A stretch of 64,000 bases of DNA from the NCBI GenBank assembly GCA_964016885.1, contig CAXHJY010001600.1, forward strand, positions 62,001 through 126,000. The letters are read 5' to 3'. A model generated the notes under the pieces. The model searched no databases and had not been told where the DNA came from. It saw nothing but the letters and a program-made list of their open reading frames with translations. A program made the translations under genes and the position numbers. This document shows, piece after piece, positions 39,433 to 51,467 of the stretch. Source of the DNA: Eledone cirrhosa. Lineage: Eukaryota. Positions within the stretch are counted from its first letter, which is position 1; the number at the start of each line of letters is the position of its first letter.

Positions 39433-41383
39433 CTGGAAAAAAAAGAAAGGAAAATATATTTTAAGTTACACAAATGAAAAAATTTTTGCCATATATACTC
39501 ATGTATAAGTCACACTAGCAGATAGGTCACATCGGTAGATAGGTCACATCGGTAGAGAAGTCACACTCCACATTACATACATTTAAAATGAACCATATAT
39601 TTAAACAGAGGTTTTGTAGACCTACTAGACAAGTTGCATGCTGATTTTTCATGTCATATTTTTATAGAAAAATGTGTGACATACACAGATATATATATAG
39701 TAATTTAAGTATTTTAAAAATAATATCATTTGTTTAATAAATAAATAAAGGATACTCTTCGGATATGTTTTTGATAATTCTACCTAAACTGCATCCCAAA
39801 ACCTATCATGTATAAAAGTACTTCAGCTATAATCTTTTTCAATGGATAAAAGTGCATCTCATGCTAGCAGACTGCTCACAGTTGCAGTCGTGACACATTC
39901 AAATATTTTGGATAAAAAAATGTTTGAAATCAGTCTGACTAATAGATAGTCTTTATTCACCACAATACTTTAATCCCCAATCTACGAATGTATATTATCC
40001 TTCCATCTCTTTTACTGCTACCACTGTCTTAGCTCTTCTGAACTAGTAAACTATGTACCATTATCCCTTAAACCTTCTTGTCTCATCCTCCCTTCTCTGA
40101 ATCTTTTTGCACTCCCAATCTCACTCTCAACATTTTACTCGATTCTTATTCTCGAAAACAACAGCTCTCTCGCATGTAACATTAAGAAGGAAACATTTTC
40201 TTTTAACAGCAACCACAATGTTCTCAACAGACATAGAGAGCCTATAATTATTTAGCAGTCTTTGTCTTCTTCAGACTAAATCATATGCATAAGCATGTAC
40301 ATATCCATACAGTCACACACTAACTCTCTCTTACTAACTCTCTCTTACTCACTCGCTATATATCTATCTATCTATCTCCCTCTCTCACACACACACAATT
40401 TAGAGCAGCATGTAAGTTAAGATATGCACCATAATTTTCTAAATAGAGTCGAGTATAAGTTTGACATCTCTGTTGATAAATGCAGAGCAAGTATGACATG
40501 AACAGAATGAGATGCATGTATATAGTTAAGTTTTATGTGAATATTGCATGTGTCTTGAAAGTTAAAAATCAATGAAGAGTAATATTATCTTCATAGGAGA
40601 GTGTACTGTTAGAAGTCACAGGAAACAGGTCATTAATGTGGAGAAAGAGAGAGTGGAGATATGTGAAGGAATAAATAAGATACGGAAATTGAAAAATTTT
40701 ATGTGCGATATAGTCAAAGACTTTACTTATAACAAGGTCAACATCATTGCTCTCACTAAAATTCTGAAGGCAATAAGAGACTACACCTGCATGTCTTAGG
40801 AAAGCAGAACAGAATGTGGTTGAACATAAACCATGATGATGGCTACTGAGAATAGAAAGGTACAAAATGTGATAAATGATTTGATTGTTTATAGCTGTCA
40901 CCATCACTTTTCTGATCATGGAAATACAGATGATAGATTGAGAGTTAACAATCTAGGAGTTGGGCATTTCCATGAATGAAACAAACAGCTGTATACTTTC
41001 AGAGGATGAAGTAAAAGTCACAACACACAATCTCATCACAAATACTGTCAGAAAATTTCTGTGAATTGAACTAACAATATTCAGTCTTTCAAAATTTGTG
41101 TTAAGTCTCCCAAATAAATCTCTCAGTTTCCAAAATCATCTGTTGCTTGGCTGATTGAAGAAATATTGAGAATATTTTGTATAGATGACACAAAAGAAAT
41201 ACAATAATAGGTTCAAATAGATCACTATACAGACAGTAGTAAAGGTGGAATATGCAATGATAGGAAATTATTCAGGAGTGCACAGTTTAAACAATGAAAA
41301 AACGAACATGATCAATACCCTTCCTCAGTAAAAGTAACAGAAAAAGTGTGTGTTTGGGACGTGTATATGTGTCTTTATAACTA

Positions 41384-41429
41384 ACTGGGTTCTGATGTAC
41401 TATGGTACTATGGTACATCAGAACCCAGT
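41384..41429. repeat. Perfect 17-bp inverted repeat
   Basis: actgggttctgatgtac-tatggtactatg-gtacatcagaacccagt. Confidence 0.95.
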
Positions 41430-42290
41430 CATCTGATACTGATGCAAATGTTTACCTTCGGTATCATGTTAAAGTTTAGGAGTTTAAGTAAAACTTCAGT
41501 TAGAGTGGACAATTTTGAGTACGTGGAAATGTGTGGCTTTATGTTAGAGAAAATGGCAATATTGAAACACATATAACAATTGAGTTGATGGTCAGATACA
41601 AACATATTTTGTATAATTTACAACCAAATGAATATCTGTAATCATATTTACAAATATTGTATCTCTATAAGGTACTGTGTGTATGTTTTCTTTGTAGGCA
41701 AATCGCTAAGAGTTTTTGTTTTCTGATGAACATCCAACAAAGCCAACATGTAAAAGTAACTTATGTGTTTCTATGCATCAAGAGAATGTTAAAAATGTAT
41801 TTATATGTGTTCATTTTGGACAAGACAATAGGGTATGTGTCTCTGTGTTTAATGTTTTAGTTGACAAAGGGGATTTCTGTGTTACTTCTGTTCTCTCCTG
41901 TCACCTCTGCTCATATTTTGAATTATATATATAGTGAGAGAGAGAGAGAGAGATGCGTGTGTGTGTGTGAAAGCATTGCACTGATTAATTGGCATACAGA
42001 AAACATACTGGATTCAACATGTAGAAATACAGAAAAAAAAATATTATTTCCAACAATGCGCAATCTAATACCACCACTGTAAAATATAACTTTGTTCCTA
42101 TGTTCGAACATGGTGATCTACACAACTAGAATTACTTGTGACTGCCAAAGGAGAATAACTCCCTATAGGTTAAAGGGTGACAAAGTAAAAAAGTGGCTCC
42201 CAATCTATCTGAGAGTTTATGTGCTTAATTGAGCTTTTAGAAAGAAATTAATTTTAAAATTATAAAGTTTCTAATGAGATGTTTATTTAA

Positions 42291-42509
42291 CCCTTTAGCA
42301 TTTACATTAATCTACATTTACTTTGTATTTTCACCAAAACCCTTTACCTCACATAATTATCTCACATAATATCGAATCTATGAGAATTTGATATTATTTA
42401 TTTTGAGAACAATACGTTAAAATAAGTATGAGCAGCCAGTTATGGCTGGTTTGAACAGAAAGGGGTGAGATAATTTTGGCCAGATATGGCCAGTTTAAAT
42501 GCTAAAAGG
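42291..42509. mobile_element. piggyBac-type MITE
   Basis: TTAA|CCCTTTAGCATTTA...TAAATGCTAAAAGG|TTAA. Confidence 0.85.
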
Positions 42510-42893
42510 TTAAATGTATTCAAACATTTGCTAGTAATAATTATTCCTGTTATCTTAACTTACACAAACCAAAAATATAATTTAAAGACTAAATTTAAAA
42601 ACTATAAAATATTATTTAGAAACACCAAAATTACACAATTTTGCGAGCCAAGCCAATTATTTAGTCTCATATATGTTACTGCCTGATTTTGTCAACATGT
42701 GACACACATAGTAGCTCCATAATTGTAATTAGTTATGAAATATAATACAGTACTTACAATTAATCATAATAAGCATTTTCATATTTCAGAATACATAATT
42801 ATGTTACAGATAATCAGCAGCCAATTAATGAGTATTGACTAATAAATCAAGTCTGATTAATTAGCAATCAGTCACTTTTCTTATCTGTGCATT

Positions 42894-42934
<41 letters not shown>

Positions 42935-42944
42935 CCTCCACCAC

Positions 42945-43050
42945 CACCACCATTAACACCAAAACCAATGCAGCAACCACCATTAACACCAAAACCAATG
43001 CAGCAACCTCCATTAACACCAAAACCAATGTAGCAACCCCATTAACCAAC
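42945..43050. repeat. 30-bp minisatellite, ~3.5 units
   Basis: ccattaacaccaaaaccaatgcagcaac repeated. Confidence 0.9.
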
Positions 43051-43822
43051 CAGCTCCTTAATGGACAACAATAGCAAAAGGAGATAAGCAATTTCACTAT
43101 AAAATAAAAGATGACTACATGATATAGTGCAGTATTTTATAAGTTGAATGAAATGTCTTTGATCTCAAATGTGCTCAATGAGGATTGATCTAATACAAAA
43201 CAACAATAACAATACATTTAACAAGAACAATATGACCACTGCCACCACCATCACCACTTCAACCAACTTATCAACTTTTGCGTAACCAATGGGAACATCA
43301 ATAATAGTTTTAGCATGATAGCAATGTCTCTGTAGTTATATATGTTGCATGTCAATACAAAGGAATGTGTCTGTGAGAGAGAGAAGGAGATGGTAGATTG
43401 TGGAGATTCCATGACCTAAGTCAGAGGTGCAAGAGGGAAGTGCCCAACAACCTGGTAACTAACTGTAATCATATAGAACGTCCTACAATCCCACTCATCC
43501 AAACCTTCATCTTCTCTTTTCCCCCTCTTACATTCATAGGAATAAGCTAGTTCTGATGCTAGTTCTTTTATTCAAACCACCCCAAACTGGCTGCAATTAT
43601 TTCCCCTTCATTTGTTCAATCTGGCCGAAATCGGCGGATAACACCCACACTAAAATATTGTTCTAAAAATAAACAATACTGTCATTAAAATCTCGTCAAT
43701 TCGAGATTACAGCGAGATTAGGCCCTTACCCTTTATCGTTTCAAGCCTGCACATAGAAAATTAAGAAAATTACAAACAAATAAAATTGATAACCCTCTTG
43801 AGTAGGATTAACTGAAAATAAT

Positions 43823-44037
43823 AATTTCTTATATAGGCACAAGGCCAGTAATTTTTTGGGGGGAGTCGATTAAATTGACCCCCAGTACATTACTGGTGCT
43901 TTATTTTATCGACCCTGTAAGGATGAAAGCCAAAGTTAACCTTGGCAGGATTTGAACTCAGACCTTAGAGGGCCGTAACTCTATACTGCAAAGCATGGTG
44001 TCCGACCCTCTACCAATACTGACAATCCACCGCCCTC
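43823..44037 (-). mobile_element. SINE family B, full length, 17-bp TSD, inside a decayed piggyBac-type MITE (~43600-44103)
   Basis: gattaactgaaaataat at 43806-43822 and 44038-44054; host element ends aatgctaaaggg|ttaa. Confidence 0.88.
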
Positions 44038-44109
44038 GATTAACTGAAAATAATGTGAACAGATAAACATGACATTTGACAAATTAATGTGAATGCTAAA
44101 GGGTTAAGA

Positions 44110-45517
44110 GGTGGCTGAACTTGCACATTAAAATGACAGGTGAAACAGCCAGTGCTGATACAAAAGCTGTTGCTAATTATCCTGAGGAGCTGAAGAAAAT
44201 GATTGAAGGGAGCTACACACCAGAGCAAGTATACAATATTGATTAAACTGCACTGTTCTTGAAGCATTTGCCTGCTAGAATTTTTATTTCTCAAGAAAAA
44301 AGAAAATCAACTTACAAAAATGATCTGATGCTTCTTCTGATTATCACACTAAAAATCCATGGACTTTCGAGAGTTACATGCAATTCAATTTACCTCTTAT
44401 TTGGCATTCAAATAAAAACGTATGAGTGACTAAGACTCTTTCAAAGAGTGGCTTACAAGCTTTCTTATCATGGCATGGAAAATAAAGTGCCAGACATAAT
44501 ATTTCCAATGAAGCATTGCTCCTTTTTTGAATGCACCAACCCAACTAGTGAACTTAAAAAAGAATGTTCTGAGAATGTGAGAGCAGAATATATCCCCAAG
44601 TATAAAATTTCCTTCATCCAACCATACTTGATCAAGGTGTGGGCACTAACTTCAAAGCAAATTATCTAAGAAGATTTAAATGACTTGTGAAAAGAAGTTA
44701 GAGACTTCTAAAAAAAAATTCAACCATTATGAACACTGAGGATAACATAGCTGAGCCATGAGATGAATTGAAAACCTCAATTTTTAATGGTGCTTCATAA
44801 AATATATGGTCAAACTGTATATATAACATATTTTTTCCACAAACAGAAAACCTACATGAAATTTCAGAAAGATGTGATGCTTACAAATGATGTAGGGTTT
44901 GAAGTAGTCTGGCGAGGAGGTGACACTGTTAGAATACAAAAATCCCACTAACTCTACTTAAATCTACAAAGAATATTGCTAAAAGGTTGGCAGTTCTAGA
45001 GGGAGGTCTGCAAGTTTTTATTCACAACATTCTTACTTGTGAATATAAAAATTACAAGAGGATTTTATAATGCACTCAGTTCTTACACTGAGCTGTAACA
45101 AGAGGCAAAGTGCTATAAACATCAAATTACTTTGGATAAGTTCTTCAGCTCCACAATCAGTTGATAATGATAAACACAGAATAGTGTCCTTCATCCTCCC
45201 AGTAACTCTCATTCCACCACCTCCCTTCACACCATAGTCATCACCTTTTGTAGTAAGAAAGTACCTTATTACAATATTATTTCTTCATATTTATTCCTTC
45301 AAATGTTTTTTACATATACAAATTCTACTCTGTATGTTTAGAAATAGCTATTTTCATGCTTAAAAATAGTTTTGTTTCATTTTTTTTTTAATATCTGTTG
45401 GAATACATCTCATTTTATAACATGAAAATCAATGGGAAAATTAGTTTCACTTGACAAGATTTAGAGTTATAACAAGATTTTCAGGAATGCATTATTTCCA
45501 TAACGCGAGAGTTTACA
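44110..45517 (+). mobile_element. Degenerate pogo/Tigger transposase relic
   Basis: LHIKMTGETASADTKAVANYPEELKKMIEGSYTPEQVYNID*TALFLKHLP (cf. QVFNxDETGLFWK); later SFIQP motif. Confidence 0.8.
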
Positions 45518-46399
45518 TTCACAAATGTATAACTTTAAGTCCACAAGATGTTCCCATTTAACAGTGTTAATGCTAAAAGACAAGTCTATCTATTGTAACA
45601 TCATGAAATCTCCTTTGTGGTTTGTACTGGGTATGCTTACAGTTGCTTTATTAGCCTGGAATTATCAAGGCAGATGACATTACAAACCCATCTCGTATGA
45701 TACTTGGTAAGATGAGCTTCAATACTCAGACAGCTCACTCTTTCCAGCACTTCCGTTTAAGGCGTAAACATTTCTAACAGATATTCTATATACACCTTAA
45801 ACACCTCTAGTGAAATTTTTCAAGAATTCTGACATCATCATCAATATAACATCCATGTCTCAAATGAGTATAGTAAGGATGTGATGATGCAAGCAGCATA
45901 GATACAAAGTTTGGTACAACTCCTTGTGTGACCAGACTCATTTTTCAAATGTCCCAAACATGATTAATTTCAATATCTAGATCCATTCCTGAGACAGAAC
46001 AGCCAAAGTAGACAAAAATGTACATTAAATCTGGTTCCCTATACAGCTCACTTGGAGCAGATGAAAATACCACCATAGCTTTCATCAGGGTTATTCCAAA
46101 TTCAAAAACATAGGTACTAGACAAGAGATCTATTGTTTTCTAGGTATCTTTTCTTATGTGAGTCAAAAGGTCACAATCATCAACATATAAAATGTCACAA
46201 ACTAGAGCTTTAAGAAACTCCAACTTAGCTTTGAATCAATACAGATTAAATAGGTTACTTGTTGTGTAACCCTCTGACTCAAAATATCCCCTAAAATACA
46301 CACCAAAGAAACACAGCATTATGTCATTTGAAGAATTTCTAGAGATTGTAGGAGAAACTAATGAAGAAGGTAAATCTCAACCCTAGATGTAGAAAATAT

Positions 46400-46765
46400 T
46401 TTTGCCAATATCCAGTCATAGAAAACTTGCCAAAAAGTGAGGAGGCAGACCCTTCAGTTGTGTCAAGAACATGACCACCTCCCCAGTGTTGGCAATCTTC
46501 ACAACAAACGTACCCAGTACATGCTGTAAAGTGGTTGGTGATAGGAAGGGCATCCAGTTGTAAAAAAAAACTCACCAAACAAAGGGGTGCGAATGATCCT
46601 TCAATTGTGTCAGTCATTATAAAATCTCTAGTGCCAGTGCCACAATAAAATGCACTTGGTAGAATATGGAACTGGGAGGTTGGTAACCTGGCTTCAGTTC
46701 TGACTCAATGAAGAGCCAGCCAACTCTTGCTAACAAGGAAAGTGGACATTAATTGATGATGATGA
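46400..46765 (+). mobile_element. Old RTE-type 3' UTR/SINE tail
   Basis: ctgtaaagtggttggtgataggaagggcatccag...gtggacatt..gatgatgatg. Confidence 0.6.
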
Positions 46766-47181
46766 ATATAGTGGCAGAAAGAAAAGCCATTCATGACTCT
46801 AGCAAATTTATTGAAAGCATTACTAGCTGCATATACAACAGAAATACTGTTTTGTTGCCTACAAGGCAATTTATAGAAACAAAAAGTTGAAGATGATAGA
46901 ATATACTCATAATAAAAAATGTAGAAAAATTTAAAATATGTAGAAAATAACTCTAGAAAATTGAATAACTAGAACAATTACAAATATGCCTTCATTTCCA
47001 CATATAAACATCCAGATTGCAAAATACAATAGCTTCTTATTTTTCCCATAACAACTATCTTCTAAAGCAATGGAGCAGAAAATAAGTGGTAAAAATCATG
47101 TTTTAGAGAATTCTGTTTTTAATTTTCCAATAAAGAAAACTTGTTTTAATAAAAAAAATATAAGGAAAGAAAATGCCTTAC

Positions 47182-47310
47182 CAACTGAAGCAAAAGTCCC
47201 TCTTTATATTCAACCAACTCAATATGGACAGAATAGGCATCTTCTACTGTAGGAGCAGTGATGTTGATGAGAACTTCAAATTCGTTGCCTTCCTGAAAAT
47301 GCACTGCTCC
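47182..47310 (-). CDS. Astrotactin-like gene, most 5' exon found (N-terminal extracellular segment)
   Basis: tttcttctttttgtttcag|GGA...CAG TTG|gtaagg; 129 nt, phase 0/0, GAVHFQEGNEFEVLINITAPTVEDAYSVHIELVEYKEGLLLQL; joins 39432 in frame. Confidence 0.75.
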
Positions 47311-49339
47311 CTGAAACAAAAAGAAGAAAAATTAATTGAAACAGAGTGACAGGAGCTAGATTTAAACAAAGAGCTTTGTAAGTATTTGTGGCTGTATGTG
47401 CAAATATGAACACAGACATACATACAATGTTTTCAAAATAGTATAGATAGAAAGGTTAGGACAATTTTGGTTATTTGCATATGAATAGCTGAAATCCTTC
47501 AACCTCCAAACCCCGTGTGACATTATTTTTCAGACTAACAGACTTAAAAAAGTAGATTAATATGCATTACTGAGAGTAAAACAGCATATGTGACAAGGTT
47601 TGAAATCATGTCATTGCAGTCATGACTCTCTAATCTTTAATCCATATATATTTTTCCATTGTAAATTACGATGTAAGGTACAACATTGTAAGGTACAACA
47701 AACACTACTACATAAACCGAACCATAGCATCAGTTTTATAAAATAAAAAATAATATATAGAATTTGTTTAGAAGAATTCACATGCCATGTTATTTTCCTT
47801 CTCCTGCAGCACTCTAGCTCATTGATTATTTTACTTTTCCTCTTTTTGGGGTAGTAGGGGTGAGGGTAAAACTCGCATAGAGCAAGTTGGATTCCACTTA
47901 ACCATTAGTATTCTGTATTGTATTTACAAAACGATCACCCTTCCCCGATTATCAATATTCATTTGTAACATAATGTATAAAATTATGGTTTAAATCTAGT
48001 TAAAGTTACGTATTCTATATTGTTATTCCTTTTTCCTATCATCTGTAGAGGCATGTTTGAATATCTTAATATCTCATCAGTAAAAATCATGAAAAATATA
48101 TAGGTTATTAGTGAATTTAAGTGAGTTAAGATTTTTCAAAGTTATGTTGTTTAATCCCAGGTAAACCTTGATTAATTAGTCATATGACCAAAAGCTTTCT
48201 ATTCAAGATTAGCCTGTCTTTTTCACATGAGAATGGAACCCAGTATCACAGTATTTAACGCATCCTTTTTTTAAGAAAATAAGGGCAGATGAGGAACAGT
48301 TGGCTGCTATTTCTAACAAGTCAAGCAACTCTGTAAAGGTTCCCTTGCTGGCTCATCAAAGTTATGTATAAAGGCATACAGGAATAATGAAATAATCACA
48401 GCTGTGATACTATCATCACCAAGGAGGAGACATTCAGGAACATTTAATTGGTTTGTCAGCAATATGAAAAGATCAGACCAAGATCAGAGCAATATGAAAA
48501 GATCAGACCAAATTCTGAATCAGGAATTAAAAATATAAAGACATTAGTCTCCATCTCTTATTATAAACAGTCTTTGACAGCTGGTTGAAGTCCTGGCTGG
48601 TTAATTCTACTACACTTCACCTCATCAGTTTCAATGAGTTTCTTCAGTTAAAAGAAATATTTTTTAAAATATTAGTTGAAATAAGATGGCTAATTTCAGA
48701 ATGAACATGGATCAAACTAGCTTATGGAAAACAAATTCAAGTTTTGTGTTGGTATTTCATTGTTTCTGAGCACAACACTTCTTTCTATGTATCTTCTGTT
48801 CATCTAAAAAAAATCAGAACTTGACCATCTGGTAGTGTTTCAAGAGATATGTTGAAAGCCTGAGTTATGCTTCACACCATAAAACCCCGAGATTTGCAGC
48901 AGTGCTTCTACATCTCATAAGGTCTATATTAAACTACTAGTCAATAATATACAACTGTAGTTTGCAAGTGTTGGATTTGGTTCATTGCATGGAAATTTTT
49001 CCAAAAGGCTAATACATCGAAAAATAAAAACAGTTAAAACGATTACTATATAAAGGTTATAAATGTTAAAGAGGTTTGTCAGCATGGCATTATAAACACC
49101 AGTGATATTACTTAGGTGTCAGTTATTTTACAAGAACTAACATGGTTTATCATTAGTATTTATGTTACCCCAACAGGGCATATTTGATATGATAGATAAT
49201 TGGCTGTTTTACCATTATACAAAATGAATTGTCTGAATTTTAAGTATTGGACAATAACTCAAAGTCTGACTACAATGCTTTGCCGACTATTGAAAGGTTA
49301 TTCTTATCACAAAACAGAAACCTCATAAACTTGTATAAC

Positions 49340-49660
49340 CTTATGGGCTTTTGAAAGAACGTTTGGACAAGAGATGAAAACTTCACCATCAGGATCATCA
49401 TGGGAAAGGCATGTGAGTACAGTGTCTCTTTGTACATGGCCTTCATTGATTACAAGAAAGCTTTCAACTCAGTTCAACACTCAGCTCTGTGGACTTTACT
49501 AATAAAGAGAGTCAATAGTACAGTAGTTAACCTACTAAAGAAACTGTACAGCAGGCAGCATATAGTGGTTAAAGTGAAGGACTATTTGAAGGAGTGGTTT
49601 ACCACTCGGAAAGGTAAGTGGTGGGGATGCTCCATGCCAGCCATATGCTTCAACAAATGA
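49340..49660 (+). mobile_element. Decayed RTE/BovB-like RT fragment
   Basis: LYMAFIDYKKAFNSVQHSALW...KGKWWGCSMP (cf. FIDYxKAFDSV, GVRQGCxLSP). Confidence 0.8.
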
Positions 49661-50418
49661 TCTATCCACTGTTTTTATGTTCTGTGTCTATACTAACCAT
49701 AATGTTTAGCGGTGTTTCATCCAGGATTCTGATATTGCTTGGTAAATAAATAAGCATGCTTCTTACAATATTGTATTATGTACTGATGGAAATTAGTAAT
49801 TTTAGCAACAGGATCTGCTGGTAATTTCTGTGCAATTTTAGTTTCCTACCCATCTACTAGATCATTTATTTCTTTTCATAAAACAGTCCTATGAAGCAAT
49901 GCCTTTGGTGTTCCTGCTTTGCTCTCAGTTAGTATTAACCTATTTAAGAGCAATAATGCATATTTTATTCATTGTTACCATGCATCTATTTCGATGTTGT
50001 TTGTAGATCATGTCTACTACATGCTTCTCTAGATTCAACCAGTACTCATCAGTGCACACACTCATTACATATTTAGTATGTGTTTCTTTAGTCTTCTTTG
50101 TATGTGTTTCTTTAGTCTTCAAACTCTTATCATCTTCTCGGTTATACCATATTCTTTTGCAACAAACCAGTTATTGTTGGGCTTGGTGAATGCTGATATT
50201 TTCAGGTTAAAACTATTTTCATATTTCCTTTTTTTATCGTTAGAGCTATGATAGACAGTAGCTGGAAATTAATGTTTCACCCAGTGAGTGTGGCTGATTA
50301 TAAAGGAGTGGCAATGTGACCCCTTCTAAGAAACCTTATCTTTCAATGTTTATAAGTAACAATAATGATAAGTTTTGATGTGATTGGACTGACAAAAACT
50401 GACCAATAATGTCTTTAA

Positions 50419-50597
50419 CCCTTTAGCATTCAAACTGGTCATAACTGGGCACTCACACTGATGTTAAGGTATTGTTCTCAAAATAATTAACATCATAATC
50501 TCATAGATTCGATATTATGTGAGATAATTATGTGAAATAAAGTGTTTACTATGAAAATACAATAGTAAATATAGAGTAAAAAGTAAATGCTAAAGGG
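50419..50597. mobile_element. piggyBac-type MITE, inverted relative of 42291-42509
   Basis: TTAA|CCCTTTAGCATT...AAATGCTAAAGGG|gtaa; internal tagattcgatattatgtgagataattatgtga is the reverse complement of the 42350 region. Confidence 0.8.
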
Positions 50598-51404
50598 GTA
50601 ATAGAGTGCAAACTATTAGTATGTTAATTTCATGCTGGTAATCTAAAATTACCCCATAAGCCATTGTTAGGCTGAGCAACTTAACAAATCAGTGTAAAAA
50701 AATATTTTGACAAAGCAGTATAAACAGAATGCACCATAGAACTTCAGTTGACTGGTTAGTGTCTTGTCAACTGTTGCAAATATCAACTGGTCTATGTCAT
50801 CTAAATATGTTGTGCTGTTATTGTAAGGTATTTTAGACAGATGTATAGGACATTTTTATTAATTTAATATAATCTGACTATAAATCCATATTCCCAAATA
50901 TACATGTAAGTTTCAGCAGAAAATACTATGTGGTAAGACCATAGCAATTAGGCACAGATTTTATACTGTTTTCCATTGTAAATAGTGACATACTAAACAA
51001 GAGATATTAAAGTTCAGATTTTATACTTGATCCTTAAGATGACCCCTGGTTTTGGGGACACATTTTTAAAGGCTTAAATTCTATCATATCTATTGACATA
51101 TATGGTGTATGTTTAAAGAATAAACCAGGATATATTTAGGAAACCTTTTCAGAATTTCCTATCACTTAATATCACAACTTGTGTACATAATTTGTAATTG
51201 ACAGCCTGCAGTCAACTAACTTCATGACAAGAGTTGATTTCAAATGCCAAGTATAAATGAGAATAATGAAAGCTCAAACTGAACAATAGAAAATAAACAT
51301 TCATGAACCAGATTCTTTGAATACTTTCCCAAGGAGAAAATAATTTTCACGACCAATTGTGAATTCTTTGCACATACTGAAGTTATTGCTTTCATTTTAG
51401 TGTC

Positions 51405-51467
<63 letters not shown>

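Noticed and set aside
40480-41330. Coding-like plus-strand stretch (ORF 40572-40799)
   Set aside because: Interrupted by stops and no motif I can name; probably an old TE relic.
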